Shown: in pieces, positions 19,713 to 29,488 of the stretch
How the letters are laid out: each line of letters starts with the position of its first letter
Position numbering within the stretch: the first letter of the stretch is position 1
NCBI GenBank assembly: GCA_963706595.1
Contig: OY970166.1
Location: forward strand, 224,001 to 288,000
Direction of reading: 5' to 3'
Origin: an uncultured cyanobacterium
Lineage (GTDB): Bacteria; Cyanobacteriota; Cyanobacteriia; Cyanobacteriales; Nostocaceae
Length of the DNA stretch: 64,000 bases
The notes under the pieces: generated by a model
Told to the model about the DNA's origin: nothing
What the model saw: only the letters and a program-made list of their open reading frames with translations
Database searches by the model: none
Program-made: the position numbers and the translations under genes

Positions 19713-20972
19713 ATGGCGCTCACACAGCTACATCAAAATTTTTCCCTTGCACAAACACCGCCAGATCATCGGGGATATGATTATGATTTGGTCATTGTCG
19801 GCGGTGGAATTATTGGTTTAACTTTGGCTTCGGCTTTGAAGGATTCTGGTTTAAGTGTTCTACTAATTGAGGCTAGAGTCGCTTCAGCCGCAGTTGCTAA
19901 GGGACAAGCCTATGCAGTTCATATGCTTTCGGCTCTCATTTACCAGGGAATTGGTATTTGGGATGAAATATCGCCTCAAATTGCTAAATATTGCCAAGTT
20001 CGTCTTTCGGATGCCGATTATCCTGATGTCGTGGAATTCGCTACAGACGATATAGGTACGTCAGAGTTGGGTTATGTGGCGGAACATCAAGCGCTGTTAC
20101 AGCCTTTGCAGGAGTTTGTGCAAAATTGTCCGAATGTGACTTATCTCTGCCCGGCTGAGGTGGTAAAAACAGAATATCAGCAGGATAGTGTAACTATAGA
20201 TATTAAAATTGCTGACCAAATTCAGACAGTTCGCAGTAAATTAGTTGTTGCTGCTGATGGTTCAAAATCGCGCATTCGTGAAGCTGCGGGAATTAAAACC
20301 AATGGCTGGAAATATTGGCAATCTTGTATTGTAGCATTTGTTAAGCCAGAAAAACCACACAATAATACTGCTTACGAAAGATTTTGGACAAGCGGACCCT
20401 TTGCGATTTTACCTCTACCGGGGAACCGTTGCCGCATCGTTTGGACAGCCCCTCACGCAGAAGCCAAGGCTTTGTGCGCCTTAGATGACGAGCAGTTTTT
20501 GGCAGAACTCAGCCGCCGCTATGGTAATCAGATGGGTAAGTTGGAATTATTAGGCGATCGCTTTATTTTTCCAGTCCAACTCATGCAAAGCGATCGCTAT
20601 GTACTCCCTAGATTAGCCTTAATTGGTGACGCGGCACACAATTGTCATCCCGTCGGCGGACAAGGTTTAAATTTGGGGATTCGAGATGCTGCTGCTTTAG
20701 CGCAAGTTATCCAAACAGCCTTCGCCGCAGGTGAAGATATTGGGAATGTCAAAATCCTCAAACGCTATGAACGCTGGCGCAAGGTAGAAAATCTGACAAT
20801 TTTAGGTTTCACCGATTTGTTAGATCGGATGTTTTCTAATAACTTTTTACCACTGGTGTTAGTTCGTCGCCTCGGTTTGGGGATGATGCGGCGCATACCT
20901 GTGTTAAAAGTGTTTGCGCTGAAATTGATGATTGGTTTGAAAGGACGTACCCCAGAATTAGCCAGAAGGTAA
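19713..20972 (+). CDS. UbiH/COQ6-family FAD-dependent hydroxylase
   Basis: GGGIIG, AADG.S..R and GDAAH..HPVGGQGLNLG motifs. Confidence 0.9.
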   Translation: MALTQLHQNFSLAQTPPDHRGYDYDLVIVGGGIIGLTLASALKDSGLSVLLIEARVASAAVAKGQAYAVHMLSALIYQGIGIWDEISPQIAKYCQVRLSDADYPDVVEFATDDIGTSELGYVAEHQALLQPLQEFVQNCPNVTYLCPAEVVKTEYQQDSVTIDIKIADQIQTVRSKLVVAADGSKSRIREAAGIKTNGWKYWQSCIVAFVKPEKPHNNTAYERFWTSGPFAILPLPGNRCRIVWTAPHAEAKALCALDDEQFLAELSRRYGNQMGKLELLGDRFIFPVQLMQSDRYVLPRLALIGDAAHNCHPVGGQGLNLGIRDAAALAQVIQTAFAAGEDIGNVKILKRYERWRKVENLTILGFTDLLDRMFSNNFLPLVLVRRLGLGMMRRIPVLKVFALKLMIGLKGRTPELARR

Positions 20973-21090
20973 GAGGCAGGGGGGGAATAAGAGAAGAGGC
21001 AGGGGGGCAGGGTGCAGGGGGCAGGGGAGAATAAATTGGAATGATGGGAAAATTCTGCTTCCTTTGTGGTTGGTTCCTGATGATATATGA

Positions 21091-21114
21091 AGACGCGATG
21101 AATCGCGTCTCTAC
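21091..21114 (-). repeat. GTAG-type REP palindrome
   Basis: Reverse complement GTAGAGACGCGATTCATCGCGTCT, identical to the copy starting near 34976. Confidence 0.75.
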
Positions 21115-21401
21115 AAGAGTGGAAAATTCTGGAAATTATATTCTTGCCAGCAAATTGGTAAAATATTTAATTCACTTGTACTGGGTGCAATGTATGCGAC
21201 CTTCAGCTAAAATAGCTAAAAACTTTCATATTCTATACTAAAGATAGATGTCACAGGGTCTAGGGTGTGCAGTAGAATTCATTACTGGCGACAGTTTTTA
21301 TTCTCTAAGCAATTAAAAATCAAAATAGAAAAAGTGATTACACCTACCGCCAGGAATGCTAGAGTTTCAAGAAATTTATCGGAACTTCTCAGCGAATATT
21401 C

Positions 21402-23597
21402 ATGCTGAAGAAACTACAAAAAAAACACATTTCTCTCATTGCTTTTGCCGCACTGTTTGCCTTTTCAGCAGGCGCAATGGTATCAGCGCCTGAAATTGGC
21501 AAATTCTTAGGACAAGGTTTTAGTCTGTCTAGAAATCAGCCTGAGCAAATTTCTCCAGCTAATCAAGCCAACTCAGCCGTATTTCCACTAGCATCACAGT
21601 CTAGACCAGAACGGGCGGAAAAACTAGAAGCGATCGCCAATGGTTCCAGTTCACCAGACAGGGAACGCGCCCGTTATTTATTGGCCAGTGATTTAATTGA
21701 CACCAGGGACGCGGAACAGGCTTTAAGTCTTCTCCAAGGACTAGAAAAAAGCTATCCCAGTCTTGGTCCCTACATTTTGCTGAAGCAGGCACAGGCACAA
21801 GATATACTGGGTGAACAGGGTAAGGCTTCCGACCTCAGACAAAGAGTGCTGAGAGAGTATCCCGAAGCAGCAGGGAAAGCCAAAGCTTTATATATGATTG
21901 CCCTACCAGAGCATCATGATACAGCGATCGCGCAATTTCCTTCTCATCCACTCACCTGGGATATTATTCAGAAGCGATTACAAGAAAATCCCAATCAGCC
22001 ACAGTTACGCTTAATTCTGGCACAATACGCCTATAATCAAGCTGGAATCGTTGGCGTTTTAGATCAACTAATCAAAGAGCCGAATCTCAAACCCGAAGAA
22101 TGGGAAATTGTGGGTACAGCTTATTGGGAAAATAATCAATTTGCAAAAGCTGGTGATGCCTATTTTAAAGCAACCCCAACACCCCGCAATCTTTACCGCG
22201 CCGCCAGAGGAATACAGATAGGGGGTAAAGAACAGCCAAAAGCTATTGCCACTTATAATCAATTAGTACAAAAATTTCCCGATGCTAGCGAAACGGGACT
22301 AGCTTTATTACGTTTGTCAGAATTGGCTAGAACCCGTAAAGATGCTTTACCCTATCTTGACAGAATAATTGCTAATTTTCCGCAACAAGCTAGTAGAGCA
22401 GTTGTAGAAAAAGCCAAAGTTTACGAAGGACTCAAAGACCAAAAGTCGGCTCAACAAGCTTGGGAATTACTCTTAAGCAAATATGGTAGTTCTAATCAAG
22501 CCGCAGAGTATCGCTGGGAAAAAGCCAACCAGCAAGCCAAGGCGCAAAATTACGCAGGGGCTTGGCAATGGGCGCAACCAATTGCTACCGATAATTCTAA
22601 TAGTATTTTAGCTCCCAGAGCAGGCTTTTGGGTAGGTAAATGGGCTATTAGATTAGGAAAGCAGCAAGAAGCAAAAGCCGCTTATGAGTATGTATTGAGT
22701 CAATATCCTTACTCTTACTATGCTTGGCGATCGGCTGCCAACTTGGGGCTGAATGTCGGCAACTTTGACAACGTGCGGCAATTGCAACCAGAAATAGTTC
22801 CTAATACACGTCCAGTACCTCCCGCAGGTTCAGACACTTTCAAAGAACTGTATTTGCTAGGCGAGGAGAATGATGCTTGGTTCCAATGGGAAACAGAATT
22901 TCTCAATAAACTCCAGCCGACAGTAGCCGAACAATTTACCGAAGGGTTAATGCGGCTAGTTAGGGGACAAAATCTCTCAGCAATTAGTCTGATTTCTCGA
23001 TTAGAAGACAGAGAAACACCAGAAGAACAAGCTGAGTATCAAGCTTTGAGCCAGCAGGTAAAATATTGGCAAGCTCGTTATCCTTTTCTCTATCGCCAGG
23101 AAATCAAAAAATGGTCTACTGAACGGCAGTTAAATCCTTTGCTAGTTACAGGCTTGATGCGTCAAGAGTCCATGTTTGAGCCAAAAATTAAGTCCGTGGT
23201 CGGTGCGACTGGTTTAATGCAGGTGATGCCCGCTACAGGCGAATGGATTGCGCCCCAAATTAATTTGGACAGCAAAACCATTAATTTAGAAGATCCCAAT
23301 GAAAATATTAATCTGGGGACATGGTATTTAGACTATACCCATCGGCAGTATAACAATAACTCGATGCTGGCGATCGCCAGTTATAATGCCGGACCTGGCA
23401 ACGTCGCCAAATGGCTGCGAACTATTGGGAAAACCGATCCAGATGATTTTGTGGAAGACATTCCTTTTAATGAAACGAAAAATTACGTGCGACAAGTATT
23501 TGGGAATTACTGGAATTATTTGCGACTTTATAACCCTGAGATTTCGGCTAAGGTAGCGAAATATTCAGAGACACATCCAAAATTGCCTCAGAGGTAA
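21402..23597 (+). CDS. Soluble lytic transglycosylase (TPR repeats plus SLT domain)
   Basis: MRQES, GLMQVM, ASYNAGPG and ETKNYV SLT motifs. Signal peptide and helical repeats. Confidence 0.92.
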   Translation: MLKKLQKKHISLIAFAALFAFSAGAMVSAPEIGKFLGQGFSLSRNQPEQISPANQANSAVFPLASQSRPERAEKLEAIANGSSSPDRERARYLLASDLIDTRDAEQALSLLQGLEKSYPSLGPYILLKQAQAQDILGEQGKASDLRQRVLREYPEAAGKAKALYMIALPEHHDTAIAQFPSHPLTWDIIQKRLQENPNQPQLRLILAQYAYNQAGIVGVLDQLIKEPNLKPEEWEIVGTAYWENNQFAKAGDAYFKATPTPRNLYRAARGIQIGGKEQPKAIATYNQLVQKFPDASETGLALLRLSELARTRKDALPYLDRIIANFPQQASRAVVEKAKVYEGLKDQKSAQQAWELLLSKYGSSNQAAEYRWEKANQQAKAQNYAGAWQWAQPIATDNSNSILAPRAGFWVGKWAIRLGKQQEAKAAYEYVLSQYPYSYYAWRSAANLGLNVGNFDNVRQLQPEIVPNTRPVPPAGSDTFKELYLLGEENDAWFQWETEFLNKLQPTVAEQFTEGLMRLVRGQNLSAISLISRLEDRETPEEQAEYQALSQQVKYWQARYPFLYRQEIKKWSTERQLNPLLVTGLMRQESMFEPKIKSVVGATGLMQVMPATGEWIAPQINLDSKTINLEDPNENINLGTWYLDYTHRQYNNNSMLAIASYNAGPGNVAKWLRTIGKTDPDDFVEDIPFNETKNYVRQVFGNYWNYLRLYNPEISAKVAKYSETHPKLPQR

Positions 23598-23603
23598 TTA
23601 GAA

Positions 23604-23778
23604 AAACGTATCGCTAAAGCGAAAGCTCCGCTAACGCGTAGCGTGCGCGCAGCGCATACCACAGAGGACACAGTGAGTCCAGTGCTGCGGGAGGGTTTCC
23701 CTCCGCAGGCAACTGGCGAACCCGGAGGGAGGACACGGAGTTATGAGAGTTTGAGTGGTCACTGAGCTTGTCGAAGTG
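23604..23778. repeat. Cluster of nested SDR-like/palindromic mini-repeats
   Basis: An ACCACAGAGGACACAG/AGGACACGGAG backbone is interrupted by GC-rich hairpins (CCAGTGCTGCGGGAGGGTTTCCCTCCGCAGGCAACTGG, CGTAGCGTGCGCGCAGCGCATA), followed by a 24-nt SDR-like unit. Confidence 0.65.
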
Positions 23779-23905
23779 AGGTTTTTGCCTAAGTTTTCAG
23801 AATGTTGGCAAAAAAATCCTAAAATCTTCATGCGGCCAAAAATATAGTTTGGTCGCAGCTTCCCCGGATACAATAGTTAACAAATGTTGCCTATTGAGCT
23901 GACTC

Positions 23906-24691
23906 ATGACACCATCACAAGATGTAACTACTCCTGATCTCGACCAAGAGGAATACGGCAACTCAAAAATTGATCCTCTCAATGAGTTACCAGATGAAGT
24001 GGAAATGTCCCTCTTCGACCACCTCGAAGAGTTACGACAACGGATTTTCTATTCTCTGATTGCTGTCGTCGTTGGTGTAATTGGCTGTTTCATCGCCGTT
24101 AAGCCAATTGTCAAGTTATTGGAAGTCCCCGCCCAGGGAGTCAAATTTCTTCAACTTGCGCCTGGAGAATATTTCTTTGTCTCCATTAAAGTCGCAGGTT
24201 ACACTGGCTTGGTGCTTTCTAGTCCCTTCATTCTCTATCAAATTATCCAGTTTCTGCTTCCAGGACTAACACGCCGGGAACGCCGCTTACTAGGACCAGT
24301 CGTTTTAGGTTCAAGTGTACTGTTTGCAGCTGGTTTAGTATTTGCCTATTTGTTGCTTATCCCCGCCGCTTTGAATTTTTTCATTAGCTACGGTGAAGAT
24401 GTTGTAGATCAACTTTGGTCGATTGACAAATACTTTGAATTTGTGCTGCTACTGTTATTTAGTACTGGTTTAGCATTTCAAATTCCGATTATCCAAGTAT
24501 TATTAGGTAATTTAGGAATAGTTTCTTCTCAAAGGATGATTGCTGGCTGGCGTTTTGTGATTATGGGAGCAGTAGTTTTAGGTGCTGTCCTCACCCCTTC
24601 CACCGACCCCCTCACCCAAAGTCTGTTAGCAGGCGCAGTCTTAGGACTGTACTTTGGTGGTATTGGTCTAGTGAAACTCACAGGTAAATGA
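23906..24691 (+). CDS. tatC: Twin-arginine translocase subunit TatC
   Basis: [30 protein letters not shown] and TPSTDP motifs. Confidence 0.97.
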   Translation: MTPSQDVTTPDLDQEEYGNSKIDPLNELPDEVEMSLFDHLEELRQRIFYSLIAVVVGVIGCFIAVKPIVKLLEVPAQGVKFLQLAPGEYFFVSIKVAGYTGLVLSSPFILYQIIQFLLPGLTRRERRLLGPVVLGSSVLFAAGLVFAYLLLIPAALNFFISYGEDVVDQLWSIDKYFEFVLLLLFSTGLAFQIPIIQVLLGNLGIVSSQRMIAGWRFVIMGAVVLGAVLTPSTDPLTQSLLAGAVLGLYFGGIGLVKLTGK

Positions 24692-25023
24692 CACAAATTA
24701 ACTATGACGACTTTGAGCAAGTAGAAATTCGTGTGGGTAGAATTATCGACGTGAAAGATTTTCCCCAAGCACGAAAACCTGCTTATAAACTATGGATAGA
24801 CTTTGGTGAATTGGGCGTTAAAAAATCTAGCGCCCAAATTACTAAACTGTATAATTCCGAAGATTTAAAAAACAAATTAATCTTAGCTGTTACCAACTTT
24901 CCACCCCGACAAATAGCCGATTTTATGTCAGAAGTTTTAGTCTTAGGCGTAGTTGGGGAAAATGGCGAAGTTGTGTTAATTCAACCAGATAGAGATGTAC
25001 CATTAGGCAAAAGAATCTCATAA
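24688..25023 (+). CDS. csaA: CsaA-type tRNA-binding/secretion chaperone
   Basis: [24 protein letters not shown] and [16 protein letters not shown] motifs. ATGA overlap with tatC. Confidence 0.88.
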   Translation: MTQINYDDFEQVEIRVGRIIDVKDFPQARKPAYKLWIDFGELGVKKSSAQITKLYNSEDLKNKLILAVTNFPPRQIADFMSEVLVLGVVGENGEVVLIQPDRDVPLGKRIS

Positions 25024-25028
25024 AATAT

Positions 25029-25076
25029 AGAACCTCACCCCGCCTTTGACTTGCTTCAAAGGCGGGGTGAGGTTCT
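25029..25076. terminator. Long inverted repeat downstream of csaA (terminator-like, repeat-derived)
   Basis: AGAACCTCACCCCGCCTTTGA-loop-TCAAAGGCGGGGTGAGGTTCT. Confidence 0.55.
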
Positions 25077-25166
25077 GTATTTCTGTAATCTGGTCTTGAA
25101 GTAAACCAAGGCTTATGTAAAACTGATGATCTTTCGCTTCAAAGCCTACATCAGAGGAACTAAAAC

Positions 25167-26705
25167 ATGGCGCGTCTAGCACTGCTGAGTGTATCTAACA
25201 AAACTGGTATAGTTGATTTAGCCCGTCGCTTGGTCGAAGAATTTAATTTTGATTTAATCAGCAGTGGGGGAACCGCCCAAACCCTCAAGGATGCGGGGCT
25301 ACCAGTGACAAAGGTTTCTGATTACACTGGTTCACCTGAAATTTTAGGTGGTCGAGTTAAAACCTTACATCCTCGCATTCATGGCGGAATTTTGGCGCGG
25401 CGAGATATTCCCCAACATTTGACAGATTTAGAAAATAACCAAATTCGCCCCATTGATTTAGTTGTAGTCAATCTTTATCCCTTTGAGGAAACTATTGCTA
25501 AACCTGGGGTGACGTTATCTGAGGCTGTGGAACAAATTGATATCGGTGGACCGGCGATGTTACGGGCTGCATCGAAAAATTTCGCCCATCTCACGGTATT
25601 ATGCAATCCAGCACAGTATGAGGAATATTTACAGGAATTAGGGCAAAATCAAGGCACTGCATCTCTGGAGTTTCGCCAAAAATGTGCTTTAAAAGGTTTT
25701 TCCCATACGGCTAGTTATGATCAAGCCATAGCAGCTTATCTCAGCCAACAATCTCAGGATTCTCTACCCCAGGAATATAACCTTTCTGGGCAGCAATTGC
25801 AATCTCTGCGTTACGGTGAAAACCCCCATCAAGCTGCTGCTTGGTATCAAAGCGGAACTACTCCCATGGGTTGGGCTGCGGCGACGAAATTGCAAGGTAA
25901 GGAACTGAGTTATAACAACTTGGTGGATTTAGAAGCCGCCCGCCGCATTATTGCCGAGTTTACTGATACTCCCGCCGCTACGGTGATTAAACACACAAAC
26001 CCCTGTGGTGTGGCTGTGGGAAGTACCCTTGTGGAAGCATATCAAAAAGCTTTTAATGCTGATTCGGTTTCAGCTTTTGGGGGAATTGTGGCACTTAATC
26101 GCCCCATTGATGCTGCGACAGCGAATGAGTTAACCAAGACATTTTTAGAATGCGTGGTTGCGCCGAGTTGTGAACCTGAAGCCCAAGAAATTTTGGCGGC
26201 GAAATCTAAACTACGCATTTTAACGTTAGCAGATTTGAGTAGTGGCCCCCAGGATACCGTGAAAGCGATCGCCGGTGGTTTTTTAGTCCAAGCTGCTGAT
26301 GATGCGATCGCTGATACCAGTAAATGGCAAGTAGTCACCGAACGTCAACCCACCCCGGACGAGTTAGCCGAGTTACTGTTCGCTTGGAAGGTCTGTAAAC
26401 ACGTTAAATCGAATGCTATTGTGATTACAAGCGATCGCACTACTTTAGGAGTGGGTGCTGGTCAAATGAATCGCGTTGGTTCAGTTAAAATAGCTTTAGA
26501 ACAAGCTGGCGCAAAAGCCCAAGGCGCAATTCTCGCCAGCGATGGATTTTTCCCCTTTGATGATTCTGTGAAAACAGCCGCAGCAGCCGGAATTACTGCC
26601 ATTGTCCAACCAGGCGGAAGTTTGCGCGATCAAGATTCCATCCAGGCTGCAAATGAATTGGGTTTACTCATGGTGTTAACTGGTATCCGCCACTTTTTAC
26701 ATTAA
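25167..26705 (+). CDS. purH: Bifunctional AICAR transformylase/IMP cyclohydrolase
   Basis: GGRVKTLHP, LRYGENPHQ, KHTNPCG, ASDGFFPF and TGIRHFLH motifs. Confidence 0.98.
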   Translation: MARLALLSVSNKTGIVDLARRLVEEFNFDLISSGGTAQTLKDAGLPVTKVSDYTGSPEILGGRVKTLHPRIHGGILARRDIPQHLTDLENNQIRPIDLVVVNLYPFEETIAKPGVTLSEAVEQIDIGGPAMLRAASKNFAHLTVLCNPAQYEEYLQELGQNQGTASLEFRQKCALKGFSHTASYDQAIAAYLSQQSQDSLPQEYNLSGQQLQSLRYGENPHQAAAWYQSGTTPMGWAAATKLQGKELSYNNLVDLEAARRIIAEFTDTPAATVIKHTNPCGVAVGSTLVEAYQKAFNADSVSAFGGIVALNRPIDAATANELTKTFLECVVAPSCEPEAQEILAAKSKLRILTLADLSSGPQDTVKAIAGGFLVQAADDAIADTSKWQVVTERQPTPDELAELLFAWKVCKHVKSNAIVITSDRTTLGVGAGQMNRVGSVKIALEQAGAKAQGAILASDGFFPFDDSVKTAAAAGITAIVQPGGSLRDQDSIQAANELGLLMVLTGIRHFLH

Positions 26706-26788
26706 ATCTTTGGGAGTTAGCTTGTGCCAGTTTATAAACTGTCACATATTACACTTGTATTCTCAGCAAACAGCAGTATTCTCTAGTT

Positions 26789-26860
26789 GTGTGTGAGGAG
26801 CAAGTTAAAAATAAAAAGCGTTTGGGGTGGAAACACGGCAACACTCCCAGGCGCTTTTTA
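26789..26860 (+). ncRNA. yfr2: Yfr2-family (Cyano-1) small RNA
   Basis: 5' GTGTGTGAGGAG motif, then a long hairpin with loop GGAAACACGGCAACA and a T-tract. TATTCT -10 box at 26777-26782. Confidence 0.75.
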
Positions 26861-26916
26861 ATTTATAATTCGTAATATTTCTTTCGGAAACCCGTCGCGA
26901 AGGTAATTTGTAAATT

Positions 26917-27645
26917 TTAAATATTGGCAAATGTCCACTCTAGCAGCTTAATAGGGGCTTGCTGGAGGGCTTGAGTGAGTTCTGAGTTGCTATCAAACTT
27001 TACCTTGGATAGGTCGCACGCTTCAACGTTGACGGTAAACTGGTCATCTTCAAAAGGCCAGGGTTGAACAGTCACTAAGCCATTGCGATACTGCATAATA
27101 TCATAACGTTGATGATCAGGCCCTAGACTAATTTCCAGAAAGCGCTCATCAGCAGGTAATTCATGTTGACACAAAATTAGAGACAAGCGATCGCACCATT
27201 GCATAAATGCATAAGCTGCATCAACCTTCGCCTTTTCAACACCCAATTCCTCACGCCAACGTTGCTGATTTTGGCGTTGTTCATCCAAAAATTTGTCTAA
27301 TTCTGGTAACTTCCCCCGTTGTGGCTCATGCAAACGGCTGAGGTGCATAGAAATCAATAGGGAAACCCATCTTCCCCGGTAACGGGCATTTTTTGCTAAA
27401 TCAGCTAGTGGCTGAATTGACATTTCTTTACCCAGAGTGAAGTCCATTGGCGCACCACCAACAGTTAAATTATCCTCTTCCCATTCTTTCTCTAAATCAT
27501 CATGATGAGAAATTGCTGCTAGTGTTTCATATAACCGTTCAGGAGCGTTTTTACGTCGCCATTGTCCTGCTAATTGAGCCGCTAGCAAAGCATGAGCGCG
27601 ATGATAAATAATTTCCCAACCATTTTGTGTAGCATTAACAATCAC
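26917..27645 (-). CDS. DUF3891 family protein
   Basis: MIV...GWEIIYHRAHALLAAQLA..W, AISHHDD, WCDRLSLILC and VQPWPF motifs. Confidence 0.75.
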   Translation of the reverse strand: MIVNATQNGWEIIYHRAHALLAAQLAGQWRRKNAPERLYETLAAISHHDDLEKEWEEDNLTVGGAPMDFTLGKEMSIQPLADLAKNARYRGRWVSLLISMHLSRLHEPQRGKLPELDKFLDEQRQNQQRWREELGVEKAKVDAAYAFMQWCDRLSLILCQHELPADERFLEISLGPDHQRYDIMQYRNGLVTVQPWPFEDDQFTVNVEACDLSKVKFDSNSELTQALQQAPIKLLEWTFANI

Positions 27646-27742
27646 CAATCGATCTCCCGATTTTCAATGGTAATTTTTAGTAGCGGCAGGTTAACAGATA
27701 TCATTGTTGATTCACTGAGATATTGGTAGACCCGCCCGTACC

Positions 27743-27834
27743 CAATACTACTTGGTTAAGCAAATTCCTGATTTGAAAACCCTTGTAGAGACGTGACATG
27801 GAACGTCTCTACACTCCTTAACCGAAAAGCATTG
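27743..27834. mobile_element. MITE with 18-bp TIRs and a degenerate 10-bp target duplication, carrying a GTAG REP
   Basis: TIRs CAATACTACTTGGTTAAG / CTTAACCGAAAAGCATTG. Flanks CGCCCGTACC and CGTCCTTACC. Empty-site copy at about 27871-27908. Confidence 0.7.
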
Positions 27835-27916
27835 CGTCCTTACCAATACACAACATTGTTAATTAACGGGGATATTGGTAAACCCGCCCCTAACAATACA
27901 CAACATTCTTGTTGAT

Positions 27917-28609
27917 TTAAGATTTGCGTTCTAATGGGTTAGCAATGTAGTTGAATGCTGGCTCAGAATTCCAAGGGCCACGCTGGTCTTTACCATCACC
28001 ATTTGTAGATAGATTGTAATAAATATCGACAGTTTCATCAGGCTGAATATTACCAAAAAATGGCTCGGTCAATTTGCCCAATGAATCGAGAGCTTTCATA
28101 AACATTTGAGTATGAGAAATTTCTCGTGTTAATAGATGAACCAAAGTATTTTTAGTTCCTTGGTCTGTTGCTAGCTTAATCAGTGCTTCGTAAGTCTGAC
28201 GTGCGCCAGCTTCTGCGGCAATATTTGCTCTCAAATCCCGCACGACATCTCCACCTTCATTCAAATAACTAGCAGTCCAAGCACTTCCTTGACTATCTAG
28301 AAAGTGAGGTCCCATACCTCTGACAGCGAACAGAGTGCTTTTGTATGCCTCTGTTTGATCCATATTTTTGGTATGACCTTCAATCAGTTTACCAACCATT
28401 TCTAAGTGGCCGAATTCTTCTATCGCAATGTCTTGGAGCATATCTCGAATTCCCGCATTTTCAACGTGAAATGATTGCACCCAATATTGCAAAGCTGCTG
28501 ATAATTCTCCAGTTGCTCCACCAAACTGCTCCAGCAGTAATTGAGCAAAACGAGGGTTAGCTTCAGTAATATTTACAGCATGAATAGGCTCTTTTTTGTG
28601 GTAAAACAT
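27917..28609 (-). CDS. Manganese catalase (KatB-like)
   Basis: EQFGGATGELSAALQY, IAIEEFGHLEMV, NIAAEAGA and REISH motifs. Confidence 0.93.
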   Translation of the reverse strand: MFYHKKEPIHAVNITEANPRFAQLLLEQFGGATGELSAALQYWVQSFHVENAGIRDMLQDIAIEEFGHLEMVGKLIEGHTKNMDQTEAYKSTLFAVRGMGPHFLDSQGSAWTASYLNEGGDVVRDLRANIAAEAGARQTYEALIKLATDQGTKNTLVHLLTREISHTQMFMKALDSLGKLTEPFFGNIQPDETVDIYYNLSTNGDGKDQRGPWNSEPAFNYIANPLERKS

Positions 28610-28878
28610 CTATAACCTCTTAAAGAATTTTTAACGAAAAAAATAGCTGAATGTGATATGATAAGGTAGCTTTAATATCTGCTACTAAAAAGCTAGAAAG
28701 CGCGGGAGATACTACTGTTCGGTAGTATCGGTGCGTTGAATTAAAGAAAGTAGAATTCAGGGTGAGAGAACGTCGCAATTCCCGTTAGCTGTATGGATAT
28801 TGAGCTTACGACATTATTGTGTAAGCAGGTTTAGCAGGCACGTTCCTCATCGATTGATCAGCTAGTTACTAATTTAAA

Positions 28879-29151
28879 TTAGGCACTAGTACGGCTAGTA
28901 AACAGTCCCCACAAATAAATAGCAATTATTGAGCCAATAACTGCTACAAACAGCCCAGGAATACTTAAACTAGTAGCCGTTAATTGCAGCGTTCCCGTTT
29001 GGAAGAGGCTGAATAAACTACCTCCAACAAACGCACCAATAATACCCAAAATCATTGTTGAGAGAATACCACCACCTTGGGAACCCGGATAAATCGCTTT
29101 ACCGATAGCACCAGCCAAAAGTCCTAAAATTGCCCAAGCAATAAGATTCAT
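28879..29151 (-). CDS. GlsB/YeaQ/YmgE family stress-response membrane protein
   Basis: WAILGLLAGAIGK..PG...GG...TMILGIIGAFVGG pattern. Confidence 0.9.
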   Translation of the reverse strand: MNLIAWAILGLLAGAIGKAIYPGSQGGGILSTMILGIIGAFVGGSLFSLFQTGTLQLTATSLSIPGLFVAVIGSIIAIYLWGLFTSRTSA

Positions 29152-29488
29152 AATTTTCCTCTAAAATCTCAACTGTGCTTATCTTAGCAATTCTGATTTA
29201 CAATTGTTTCAGCCAGAGGAAATACTTATTAAAACCAAAAGGTAGAGAAATACTTATGTGAGTTGATATGATCACAATCATATCTGAATTTACTCTCGGT
29301 TGAAAGGCTCAAATCCCTAATTTTTGGCATGAATTGGGGATTTTGATATTTACAACTGATGTAGGATTGCTACACCTTAAATTAATGTTAAATATATCAG
29401 GATAATTGGTAATAGTTGATGAGCATAATTACCAATTACCAAGGTCTGGAGGAGCAATCAGATGAAAAAATAGCTGCCAATCTTTAGC

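Noticed and set aside
23631..23873. 80-aa minus-strand ORF
   Set aside because: Translation of nested mini-repeats with no protein features.
26789..26801. Yfr1 on the minus strand (GCTCCTCACAC)
   Set aside because: Imperfect motif without two flanking hairpins. The plus-strand promoter and GGAAACA loop fit Yfr2 better.
28680..28830. Hairpins upstream of Mn catalase as a possible Mn riboswitch
   Set aside because: Two simple stems only; no yybP-ykoY consensus recognisable by eye. An Infernal search would be needed.
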